Shown here piece by piece: positions 52,280-64,000 of a stretch of 64,000 nt of DNA. A model generated the notes under the pieces. It did not search any database. It was not told where the DNA came from and was given only the letters and a program-made list of their open reading frames with translations. Made by a program: the position numbers and the translations under genes. This DNA comes from Catajapyx aquilonaris (taxonomy: Eukaryota), in contig KZ538398.1 of assembly GCA_000934665.2 (NCBI GenBank), forward strand, positions 1 to 64,000, given 5' to 3'. Position 1 is the first letter of the stretch. Each line of letters begins with the position of its first letter.

Positions 52280-53217
52280 TGATAAGCCCACAATGTAGGG
52301 GTAGTGTCCGTGGGCTGGGTATGACATTAGCCACTACTGTATACCACGGTGTTGCCAAGGCGATGGGTAGCATCATGAGTAGGATTGCTGCATCACATTT
52401 TAATAACTTATAAGAATGAAAGGATATGTTTAGATATGATAATCGTATGATACATGACACATATTGGTGTAAATATGTGTGCAAGAGTCAAAGGTCATCT
52501 CATGTTTTTCGACTCGCCATCTCTCTTGACGTCAATACTGCATCTAGTAACTTTGTTTTCAGGTTGAAGCTTGCACAAACAGAGTCCGTTGCTAAATAAA
52601 CACAATAATGTATCAGCAACTAAAAATAACAGCTGTTGGGTAGCTTTCTGACCCCCAAAAAATGCGCATATAACCCAGTATGCAGGTGATGTTTTCAGTA
52701 CTGCCATTAATCTGGAAGCCTTTTATAAGCTACTTGTACAAGAACCACTTCATAAAAATCAACATGGTCACTGTCCCATCCCATCTAAAACCAGGTCCAC
52801 AGCATTTTCAAACAGTGGAGCATATAGGTGCCTCCGGGCTCTGAACTACACAGTTCTAAACCCCTACCTCCCATTTGTGCATAATACAATAACCTGGCGC
52901 TTATCCTAACTATTAAGGGTAACCCACATATTTCTTTTGTTCTAACTTTCAATGTAACTTTATACTTGCTTAATAGGGTTAAGCCCTAGGCAGAAAAGAG
53001 AAAGTCGGCATGAGTGAACTATGTTCAACAATGGACTCCGGAAAGTGAACCACAGGCGTAAAAAATGGGAAGGTACATAGTTTTTGTCAGGTATGCTTAA
53101 GACCCTGAGGTGCACACTCCTGTTTCCACTTATAAGTGGAAAAAAACGAATTTTCTACTTAAAACCGCCCTAATTTCTTATTTAAATGTGGGAATTGATT
53201 TTCAATTTTTAATTGGA

Positions 53218-53286
<69 letters not shown>
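53218..53286. repeat. (AAT)n microsatellite
   Basis: Seen directly. Confidence 0.97.
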
Positions 53287-53287
<1 letters not shown>

Positions 53288-53530
53288 GAGGGAGGCATGG
53301 TGGTATAGTGGTTACGCCACTGGCCAGCCAAGCGGGAGGCCGGGGTTCAAATCCCATCCCCGTCACCTCTGCTTGGCCGGGTCTTTTTCCGCTTTTCACC
53401 CGACATTCCGGGGCAGAATTGCACTCTCTACTCTGCCCAGGGCCAGGAGAAAAGGTCTGGTGTATTTCACAAAGTCAGAAATTACTAAAAATTACAGCGT
53501 CCTCCCTTGGGAACCTATCACGGGGTATTT
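53288..53530 (+). mobile_element. tRNA-derived SINE
   Basis: A box tggtatagtgg and B box ggttcaaatcc. Related copies at 1511 and 62881. Confidence 0.85.
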
Positions 53531-53531
53531 A

Positions 53532-53582
<51 letters not shown>
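53531..53582. repeat. (AAT)n microsatellite / SINE tail
   Basis: Seen directly. Confidence 0.97.
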
Positions 53583-53583
<1 letters not shown>

Positions 53584-55891
53584 GCAGCACATAACCTCCT
53601 GAGACCCCTGGTACAGTATACTGTACCTTTGTTTTTTCCAGCACCTTCTGATTAACTCAAACGCGTAAAAAAAACAAAGGTGATTGAAAGGTGTACTAGG
53701 GGTCTCAGGAGGATAAGTAGTATGATAATAGTCGATAATTTTCCTATAAGACAGTTTCAGTCTCTGTACCACTGCCTTCCGCTCATAAAGTACTGTAATT
53801 ACCACAATGTGAAATGCAAATACACACCCCCATTTCCAAGAAAAAGAAGTAAAGTGTTCGATGCTACCCGGGGCGTCCTTCGCAGCCTGCAAACCCATGT
53901 TAGGCGGGCGGGCCCGTTGGGGCGGAAGCCAGCCCGTGGGCCTTAATGTACACTGGGCCAAAATTTAATGGATAAAAACTGGTGGGGAAAAAAAAGTAGT
54001 ATAAAACCGCACTTCATGAACAAGGGACTTGCACTGACTTGATGAGAAATATTAATCCCATGTGAATGCACACACACTAAATGCGAGGTACTGACAGTGG
54101 ACCCCAATGTGGCCCATGGGCAACAACTAACCTTGGCCTTCTTATATTTATCCACAATATGAATTGGCTAGTGTGTTTGGATTTTAGCTTTATGTGTATC
54201 CTTGAGTTAGGTGAGATGTGGGCTGCAGGGTTTGAACTTCTCTGTAAATGTGCCACATGAATGATGCAAAGCTACTTCCTTGTGGGGGAGGCAACACCGC
54301 CAGTCTGAATTATTACAAGTGCATTGACAAGGACAAAGGCCTAGAGCCGCAACTGGTTCTGGGAAGTAGGCTACGTACGAAACACCACCCCACCCCCTCT
54401 AAGCCTAGCCCCACCCCTGCCTCATTTTCGAAAGAAAAAAAAAATCAATGGATCCGCTGCCTCCGCATGTGGATAGAGCACATTGCGCATCGACCTCTGC
54501 ACACCATCCCTTTTCCTTCCATGACAAAAATCTCCCATCGTCCTCCATCCTTTCATCTTTTTTTGCGTGCCAGGAGGGGGGGGGGGGGGGNGGGGGGGGT
54601 AGCACACACACAAAAAAAAATCTTCCCCGGAATTTTATTGAATATTTGATGGAGGTCGATGGAGGCTCCTATATTGCTCAAACTGACCCGCTTTTTTTTA
54701 AAGGGTGAAACTTGCATTCTTTTGCGAATAGTATTTACATCCTCATATTATTGGTCAGACTGGTAACCGAAGAAGAAAAAAAAATGGATTGCATGGTTGC
54801 ATCCTAGATATCCTTTTAATTATATGGACGCATAATTAGTTAATTAAGGGGGAGAATCTGGGGCTCAATAGTGGGGTGGAAAAAAAACTTTTCCTAGGCA
54901 TGACTTGGCTCTGGACTTAGCACAGCGGCAAAAGGGGGTTGGTATTTTCAGTGCTTTGAAGAAAGAAAAAAAAAAGAAAAAAAAATCGGGAGAGTCTGTG
55001 GTGGAATTTGCAACCATTTCAGAGGCGGGTAAACGACCTCAAAAATTGCAATCTCTGAAAAGCAAATATTGGCATGCCAGCAGTTAAAAAAAAAAAAAAA
55101 AGTGCACCATTTTTCAAAATATCTTGCCGCTTCAGTAACATCGAAATTACACGCTGAGCTGGCGGCAACATCCGGCTGGGGTAGCTCTACCGGCCGTTTG
55201 TTGCATTGCATCGTTCTATAGCAGCTAAAATGACATAGGCCTAACAGAGATATGTATAATCATCACCGCAAAACCAGACCGACGCGACTGTAATAAAGGC
55301 CGTTTTATACAATGCGCTGTGCAGCTCATGATTTATTCATATCAATAGAGCGCAATTCATCCCAAATTGAATCAGATTCTATTTCTCTTAATCACAGCTG
55401 CGAACTGATGCTATTTTTTGCCACCCAAAAAAGCGCCAGTTAAAATCCCCAGCATTCAGATAAACACCGCTGTGCTCTTCAATCGACATTTTGATGACAA
55501 TTTTTTTTTGGTGGAAAAAATATAGAGGATATTTTCCTCACAATGCATCGCTGTTGGCATACATTTAAGATATTCCCTTCCATGGTTATAACTTGAATTC
55601 ACTAGCTGATTGTGCATTACTTGCAGTCTGTGCACCCTATTGTACAAACTTAATTAACTTCCAAGGACGCTTCTTATATGCAGTCACGAACAGTGCATAA
55701 ATGTCGTGGGTATACATACCGGTGTGGTCTATAAATTATTATTGGAGTGCTTTTCCGTTGAATCTGCGATGTCATGGTGAAGTTGACGGTTGCCTTAGTG
55801 ATAGAAAGAATAGCTATCCGAGTGAAAAACAATATTATCTGCAGATCACCGGTGAGCTGGGACAAAAATAACAGGTTATTTATCAATTCTG

Positions 55892-56051
55892 GAGGCGTAT
55901 ACTCATCCAGGTCACTCGCAATCGACAAAGTCGATTGATGTCAAAATGACGTCGCCAATTCTCCTCGCCCTGCCCTGGTCATCATTGGCGACGTCATTTT
56001 GACGTCAATCGACTTTGTCGATTGCGAGTGACCTGGATGAGTATACGGCTC
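55892..56051. mobile_element. PIF/Harbinger-like hairpin MITE
   Basis: ~68-bp near-perfect arms gaggcgtatactcatccaggtcac... / ...gtgacctggatgagtatacggctc, flanked by ctg on both sides. Confidence 0.8.
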
Positions 56052-58177
56052 CTGGGAAAGGATGAATATTAGTTTCCGCGCTGTGCTTTGTAGTAAGCAG
56101 GTGGGGCAGCATAATTAATTATAGGAACCAGATCATGATAAATGCAAATTATTCTGTTCAAATACATGACTTGGATTGATTTACTGGCTACTCTGCACTT
56201 ACGCGTCAGTTAGCTTTAAGATCAGCACACAATACCCGATTCCATCAATAAAATCCTAAAGTTGCTGACCAAATCGCGTAATTATTTCCTCACTAATAAT
56301 AACGCCGCTCTCATGCAAATACCGCAACATATAATCATCCGCATCGTATTTTACACACACAAAAAAATCACATACTCTAGTATATATACCGCAACCCCTT
56401 GTTAGCAAATAATATAAAAAAAAGAGTGCACCTTTTGGCAACAAAGGCGTTTTCACGAGCAGGTTGAAATCCCAAACATAGACTGAGTATCTCAAGGCAA
56501 GGCTCTCATCGATTCAAGCCTACAAACTATATTGCTGCTTTTAGATTCCCGGAGCATCGCAAGCAGCTCCAACGAGTTTAGGTAGAGTCTGAGCACGCAA
56601 TTTGGCGCTAAGGTTGGGGCTCCGGACCTATACATCTCGGGGCTTCAAATTTGCTTTGCAGAAAATGGCCGACTTGCAAGAGTTGAGGAGGGGGGGGGGG
56701 GTTCGCAAGAAATGGAAATGAGGCAGGTTCACAACCAAGGGACACGTATATGACTAGTAGTAGTAGGCATTGTATAGTCAGAGACGTGCTACTGCTGGCA
56801 TTCCATAGGTTTGAACTGGGCTTATCCAGAGTGATTTCAAGTAAACGTTAGGGGTTCAGGATGCGATTTGACCAAATTGATGAAAATATGGGTTGGAATC
56901 TGCAGGTCAGCAAATTCATTAAAATAGTTAAATCCGAGTTGGTGTCCACCCAAATCACGTAGAGTATTGCAAAATACGTCATCAGTGTGACTGCGGAAAT
57001 CCTCTCGGATTTGATTGCATTTTGGTCTGGATTTTATTCCGTGTTGGTCCAAAATACCAACAGACATAATCCCCCCCTGCTTCTGTGGAATAACGCTGTT
57101 CAGTTTAAATAGTCAGCTGCAGCATTTTTATTTCAAACGTGGGTATCACAAGGCTATAACAAGAAACATGCATGATCAAATCGGTGTATGCAGTAAATGT
57201 AGTGTTTTTGAACAGGTCAGTACTGTATAGACAAAGAGTAGGCACGAATATTGCAAGCATGGAGTACATGACCACGATATTGAAATTGGTCCGTTTTTTT
57301 GTGTCTGACTTGATCAAATCCTTACACGCCATCAAAAAATACAACAGTATAGTGTACACCCTTTTATTTCCTGTAAATGGCCGGAGAGTTCAGATACATT
57401 GAACTCTACAGAAACGTGATCCTTAATGACAGTTTTTCCCAGGCAGAAATAACATTAAGGTGAATGGCCCGCGGGGTACAGTCATGATAATTGCCTTCTA
57501 ATAGTAGAGTCTGCCTCAATAAGCTATGTGCTTCGAGGGCTGGTATACAGGCCTGTCTGATGCATTTACGTACTTGGAGGTGTACAAAAGAAGTTGTCGA
57601 TACTGTCGGAGTTATTGAAGTGGCATGCAGCGATGTGAAGGAACATATTTGTGTTATTTCATGCGGAAACATGAACATGACTTTGCATGTCAGCATGTCA
57701 ACAACTTTATAAACATTATGATAAATAACGTGACATGACAATTTTTGTGGTTTCTACGAAACTGTTGCCATAAATGTGTGGTTTTCTTGCGTTTTCCAAA
57801 ATATGATTAAAATTACGGATTTTATGCTTATTGAAAAATTGCATTTTTGGATTATACGATTTCATATTTCAGAAATAATAGTGTAAAGCAGATTCAGAAA
57901 TCGTCATATTGGCTGCAACAGTGGAAGTAAAATAATCGTAAGATACTTTTAAGAACTAATATTTTTATTGCTTAATTTATTTTAAATGCGTGCCTCAATT
58001 TTGCTAGATTAATAATGAATAATAGTTCCGTAAACAGTGATGCAATAACATAGAGAGGCCTGTATATTTACACACCAGTTAAAATTACTATATCTAATGG
58101 TTTGGCAGCCTGCAATAATGTAGCAAATGAGACAGGTTAGAAAATCGAATATAAGGACATATTACACTAAGTACATT

Positions 58178-58430
58178 GTATCGTAGTGGTTAGGTCTTAT
58201 GCCTTAGAGGTCCAGGTTTCATACCCAGACCAGAGAAATTTTTCATGTGGGAGGAATTTCATTTGATTCGCTCCGTGATTGCGTGGGTTTTATCGGGGAT
58301 TCCTATTACGTCCCTACCACATTCAAAATCAATCATGATTGTGGTTATTAAGAAAATTGGGCAATTAAAATATCATTCCCTACATATAAGGCTTATCATA
58401 CTGTATACAAATAATAATAATAATAATATG
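58178..58430 (+). mobile_element. Degraded tRNA-derived SINE (V-domain-like)
   Basis: tcgtagtggttag...ccaggtttcataccc, then ctccgtgattgcgtgggttttatcgggg and an (AAT)n tail at ~58410. Confidence 0.5.
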
Positions 58431-60676
58431 GCTATTACAGTATTACGAATATTACATATTGCTGCTGCATACTCGTATCACTGCTGCCCCGTTTAGTCGT
58501 AAATGAAATGACGAAGTATGAGGTAATATCATATACTGTAATATACCGTGTGTATACTCTGTACAGCGTACGGTCATGCAGTCTTCTGCTGTCTCTTGCC
58601 TCCAGTCCTCCAGACAGTGTGTATTGTGCGTTGTCAAATGCTCATTATTAATAATTGTAATCAAATTTCATGCTTGTTAACTACATCTGCATTAAGGCCA
58701 GACTAACTACGTGCTTTTCATCATGTAGCCTGCACCATTCAAGTCCGGGTACGTTTTGAGTGCAGCACATGTTTCAATGGGGTTTGTGCATTATTAACAT
58801 TAAGTTACTCTTGACTTTAGGCTCTCAAAGTGGAACATTGTCTTTTTTCACTATCGCTCTCTGCCCGGAAATCTTCGCCATGGCATTGTTGTACATTGCA
58901 ATTATTTGTTAATGACGACAGTGTCCAAGTATAGACTATCTCGCCATTGCATTGCAGTGATGTTATATTTGGGCCACTGTCAGTACAGGAGATAAGGGAG
59001 CATGCTCTATTTTCAAAATGTGAAATTTGGAAATATGTATTTCCAAGCTTGATACATCGAATGGTGCTTTGGAGGGAATCTAACTGCTGAAATAAATACT
59101 TTAGATCAGTGTTATTTGTAGCATTTTGTCTCATTTTTTTGTGTTTTATACCTTTGCACACAAACTAATTTTTTGAAGAATTTTAATTATCAAACGCATT
59201 CAGCCCGAGGAGATTCACTAACTTGCGCTGTACTGCAAAATGAAATTGGAATCTGTATTAGACACTTCGCGTTACTGGAACTGTACAAGTACAGCACTTT
59301 GATTAAGAAGTCCATCTTGCCATTCCCAGTCGACCCAACGGGATTCCCTCCAGCACTGCGTAAGAGAAACTTCAAAAGCAGAAATACTGCGGCCCTTCAG
59401 ACAGCCTTGTCTCATCTGTATATTCCAAAACTGAAAAGCGCTTCAAAAATAGAACTATTAACTATGCAAGAAGACTATATATCGGGACACCCAACCCACA
59501 CATAAATGCAGATAGACCCATCGTTTCGTTCACAACTACCAAACCTAGACTGCAGTATAAGCACATATCAGGACTGGATCTGCCATCCCCCCCCCCNCCC
59601 CCCCCCCCCTACACACACACATCCCATCTCTTTTTGCCTGTCATTGTCGGCATGCAAACGAGAAGTGCGTTTTCAAATGCCTGCCGCCATACCAACCGGA
59701 TCGCATTGCGAACGTAATCCGGTCGTGCCATTCAAAGTGCATCTTTCAACAGTGGCCAGCAAGAGTGTGTGTAGTGGGATTTGGTCGCAGTCAGTATCTG
59801 ATTTCCACTCTCTGTGATGTGGCATCCCAACAAATGGCCTCTCCCTCTTCTTTATCTAGCCTCATTTGTTAGCACTCGCTACCACCTTTCCTATAGAATG
59901 TTTCCTTGTTGCTTTCAGGCTTAAAAAAAACTCCAGATTGAAAATTGCAAAAAAAAAGTATAAAGTACCCCCCCCCCCATATGCTAGTAACGATGTCTTC
60001 AAAAGTGCAAAAGTCGATTATAATGAGATGCAAGTTGACGTTAAAAAAAACCTGTTGGACTCCTGCACTAGTATGCTAATAGTAATTTTTCTCGACCTAT
60101 GCCACAAGCTTCCGTGGGTGCAAGGACCCTGATTCTAAAGCCTTTCTTAATCGCATTATCTAAGAGCAAAGGAGCTTCCACCTCCGCATGTTGCGTGGGC
60201 ATAAGCCTCTACTTTTCAGCGTCACAAAAGTGTACTTTAGCTCTCTGTCATCAGAAGACGAGCAGAAAAAGTGTATAGCAGCGTGGGCAGGACTATTTAT
60301 GTACCAAAGGGATGGTGATTATCTTGTGGAAAGAGAATCTGATGCGTGTGGACACTTGTCTGTGGTTCTGTGGTATATCAAAGCCCTTCTCTATGCTTGC
60401 AGAAAACGTACATCAAAAGATAGTTAGGTACAATCAGATCTCAAAGGCAAACACGGGTTTAAAGAGACATTCAGAGTGTTAGCAATGCTCATAGTATAGA
60501 ATAAGACCATTATAAGGCTGCGGATGCTAAATGCCATAATTAGCGACACGGCTTTGGTAGCAGTTATGTAATATCCTCTGGAATTCAGGTTAAACCTATA
60601 GCTCTGTGGAAAAATGTATGAAAATTTGTATGTTCTCATGGGATTGTGCAGACTGCACATGTCCCATCATGTACTG

Positions 60677-61110
60677 CACTATGGGGCTCAAATTGTTTTG
60701 GCCACTTTATCCTGGTCTTGAAGCAACCCTTCGCACAGGCCCCACGGTGTACCTGTCTTCAATAAGCTGTGGGACCGGAAGTAGTTGTTTTTACTGTAAC
60801 TGTGGGGACTTTCACTCATCTGTGGGGACACCCCACCTGCGGGGACGTTTACGGTCCCCACAAGAAAATTGCGGGTTTGCTTTTGCAGTAGTGGGGACAA
60901 GTCCCCACTATTTCCAGTTGCAGGGTTTTAGAAAAGTCCATTTTTCTCAGCCTAGGTTACGTAGGGTATAGGGTAGGTTAGGTTAGTTTACACTAGCTTT
61001 TTCACGTCGCCACGCCTAATAGGCCACAAGGATGTGTGAGGAGGTGTGTGTGTGAAGGGTTGCGTCAAGACCCAGGATAAAGTGGTCAAAACAATTTGAG
61101 CCCCATTGTA
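60677..61110. mobile_element. Transib-like MITE with probable nested insert
   Basis: Left end CACTATGGGGCTCAAATTG, right end reverse complement TACAATGGGGCTCAAATTG, with ~60-bp TIRs. The interior has repeated tggggac and ggttaggttag. Confidence 0.65.
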
Positions 61111-61128
61111 CGTTATGTTAGAGAATAA

Positions 61129-61282
61129 AGGTGCGTTTACATGTGAGCGATTTGACGGGGGGCGAAATCTTCGCCGAGGCTGAAATTAACAGTAGGTTTT
61201 CGCCTCAAACAATATTGGTTACTTGGGTTACTCAGCCTCGGCAAAGATTTCGCTCGTCAAATCGCTCACATGTAACTCACCT
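61129..61282. mobile_element. PIF/Harbinger-like MITE
   Basis: TAA|aggtgcgtttacatgtgagcgatttgacg...cgtcaaatcgctcacatgtaactcacct|TAA. Confidence 0.8.
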
Positions 61283-61291
61283 TAATACATA

Positions 61292-61693
61292 AAGGGTGTT
61301 TCAAGTTCGTGGGTCATTTTATAGTAGTTATTGTTATAGGAAATTTTGATCAAAGCTGTTACATTTTGTACCTTGTTGTGCCTCTCATCAGTTGCCCTCA
61401 TGGAGGTATTATCTAGTGGAGGAGGTGTGACGTCACGAACATGACGCCTGGTCCCCTCTACTTTCCCCCGCTCATTTTTGGTCCATGGTAATATGGCCGC
61501 CGTTCCAGATTAAGCCACGCCCCCTGGCACGATTTTTCATACGGGGGGGATACCTCCATGGTTGCCATATTCTATAGCCACTGCTACATTCGACCACCTG
61601 ATAGTACTGAGGCACAACAAGCTACACAAAAATAACTACTTCGAACGATATCAGTGATAACAAAAAAACGACCCGCGAACTTGGAACACCCTG
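61292..61693. mobile_element. Tc1/mariner-type MITE
   Basis: TA|aagggtgtttcaagttcgtgggtc...gacccgcgaacttggaacaccctg|TA. Confidence 0.75.
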
Positions 61694-61776
61694 TATAATT
61701 GGATCTGTCTTTCTTTCCGTTTGTTTGCCCAAGCTGATAGTACCACTACCCCTCGCACGATCTAGTGGCAGGAGTG

Positions 61777-61779
<3 letters not shown>

Positions 61780-61854
<75 letters not shown>
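61780..61854. repeat. (GA)n microsatellite
   Basis: Seen directly. Confidence 0.97.
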
Positions 61855-61857
<3 letters not shown>

Positions 61858-62270
61858 CCCCATCTATGACAGAAGTATGATACTTTGTGGACGAATTTCA
61901 ATTTTGAATTCCGTACCCAGGAACAAACGCCATTTTTTTGTCTGTGCACCTATATGTATGGTCAGCTTTACACCAAGGTGGCGTTAAAATACATTTCTCA
62001 AACGCGGTTAAGCGATGGAAAATCCCCGTCTCCACCCCCCACCCAGTGTGCTCATCTCCATAGTTCGCGTGATAACGGGAGAAACAAATTTGCAAGCCAA
62101 AAAGGGGGTGGAATTTACATAATTTATGTCATTTTGTAAGCTTGCACTGCAGTGGAGTTGTTTATTTCTGAAAGTGACAGCAGGATGTTGCAAGTTTCAA
62201 GAGCTACCGGACGAGATTATGACGTAGTTATGCATTATTACGTATAAGATGTGCCTGGATTATTAGGTGC

Positions 62271-62273
<3 letters not shown>

Positions 62274-62333
<60 letters not shown>
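62274..62333. repeat. (CT)n microsatellite
   Basis: Seen directly. Confidence 0.97.
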
Positions 62334-62337
<4 letters not shown>

Positions 62338-62880
62338 TGCTCCATTTTTAAAACTTTGTCCCTTTCAAGCCTAGAAGGGAAGGGGGCTTCCTAAAACAAC
62401 CTTTTCCCAGTGTGTTTCAACGGCCAGACAAGGACATTTGGCACACTGGCCTCGATCTATAGCCGCTTGCTGACTCCCTAGGTAGCCATTTTTCCTGAGG
62501 CCCACGGTTAGCGAATAATATCGATAGGTCGGAGACAAAAAAAATATATATAGAAAGCTAGAGTAGAGTTAGAAGCAGTTGGCGACGCTTTTTTATGTGC
62601 AATGGAGCTTATATGAAGTTTATTTATTATGCTATGGGGAATCAACTATTGGTATAGTCCGGCAGCTAGTCTGGCGGATTATAATTTTTGGAATCTTATA
62701 TCTGAAGCCTTAGAAAATTCTGAAATGAAAGAACTCATATTTGCACAAAAAATGCATATTATAGTTTATTTTAATTTTACCTAATATATCCCTTGATATC
62801 CTTGATGTTTAAATAAGCCATTCCTGGGCACATAAAATATTTATGGGTATACTGTATGTGAGATAAAAATGTGTTAGGTA

Positions 62881-63058
62881 TTTCCGCTCTTCACCCGACA
62901 CGCCGGGGCAGAATTGCACCCCCTACTCTGCCCAGGGCCAGGAGAAAAGGTCTGGTGTATTTCACAAAGTCAGAAATGACTATAATTACAGTGCCCTCCC
63001 TTGGGAACCTCCCTCTTCCTCCCTATAAGGGCTAGCTGCCGTATCACGGGGTATTTTT
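62881..63058 (+). mobile_element. 3' half of the SINE family at 53288
   Basis: Near-identical to 53386-53530 apart from an extra ~32 bp at 63011-63042. Confidence 0.85.
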
Positions 63059-64000
63059 TAAAAAGTGTTAGCCAGGGATGTAGCTAATGTCATGGGTTAT
63101 GTTCATACCCTTCCCAAGAGTCATGGTTGGAAATAAGGAACAAAGATTGGTATCAGGCTGACTATTCCTGAAACCTTTTATGCCATTGGTTGTTTTTCTA
63201 AAAATCGGCTCATATTTTGTACCGTCGATGCTGATGCTATTACCACGCTATCCTCTATTAGATCCGGTTTAATTATGATACTGGGCGGACCCCCAACAAT
63301 GAGGTAAGCAGCGAAGAAAGAGTACAATTCCGAAACCCTTAAGCAGCTTACCGGAACGATTTTTTTTAAATTATATATACGCATGGCCTCAAAATCAGAG
63401 TGCTTGAATGCAACGGACTATCCTGTAGCAGGATTATAATACACTGTACAGTATGGAGTGGCAGAAAGCTTCTGGAAGCCTTCAGGCGGTGGCACAAAAG
63501 GAGTTTCAGTCAGGTCAAGTGGGATATCGCGTCGTATAGTAATATCGCGAATATATCGTACACTTTGAACTCAATTTTCAATTTGCGATGCACCTCCTGG
63601 TTTTACCCACTGCACAACCTGCTGCAAAAACTAGATACCACCATTGAAATAACTTTAACAATGACACAAGCCAGGTGTTGGACTGAATGACATGGTTTAA
63701 TCCTGCCAGTCTCTTCAAAAAAATTTCATTTGGCAGTTTAAAAAAGGTTGAATTATAGAAGAGAGTATAGTTAAAGTGCGTGTTGTTCTACTTCCTGAGA
63801 AAACTCAATCTGAACCGGGTACCGACACTCTGAAAAGTCTTTGATGCAATAACAATATCCATTTTTCCAGGTTGGCTGATGTATTCGCCTGCTCCACTTT
63901 TCCGTTGTGGTTCTAATATTGATGGATGGGGAGTGGTTCTAGTTCCATGTCGGGGAGCGGATAATTTATTTTTCAAACTCTAATGTATTCGCAGTATGGC

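Noticed and set aside
53110..53961. Poly-Asn, poly-Leu and poly-Tyr ORFs
   Set aside because: Translations of (AAT)n microsatellites and a SINE.

Overview
This is eukaryotic (invertebrate, probably arthropod-like) genomic DNA, mostly non-coding, so almost all six-frame ORFs are spurious. One well-supported spliced gene lies on the minus strand (39882->36027). It has three large exons and a probable 18-nt microexon, all phase-compatible with GT-AG introns. It encodes a ~630-aa low-complexity protein with RD/RE repeats, three poly-Ala tracts, poly-His, poly-Gly and repeated [ED]R[YFH] motifs, and no domain I recognise. A second, weaker minus-strand transcription unit appears to start at a CCAAT/CDE-CHR-like promoter near 13.3 kb and run left through a visibly CpG-depleted region. 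The remainder holds many non-autonomous DNA transposons (Tc1/mariner, pogo/Tigger, hAT-Charlie, PIF/Harbinger and Transib-like MITEs, many forming long hairpins). There are also several tRNA-derived SINE families with target-site duplications, a tRNA-Gln pseudogene with a U-rich insert, and microsatellites. I found no CRISPR, rRNA or prokaryotic-type system. All family assignments come from recalled terminal motifs, not database searches.
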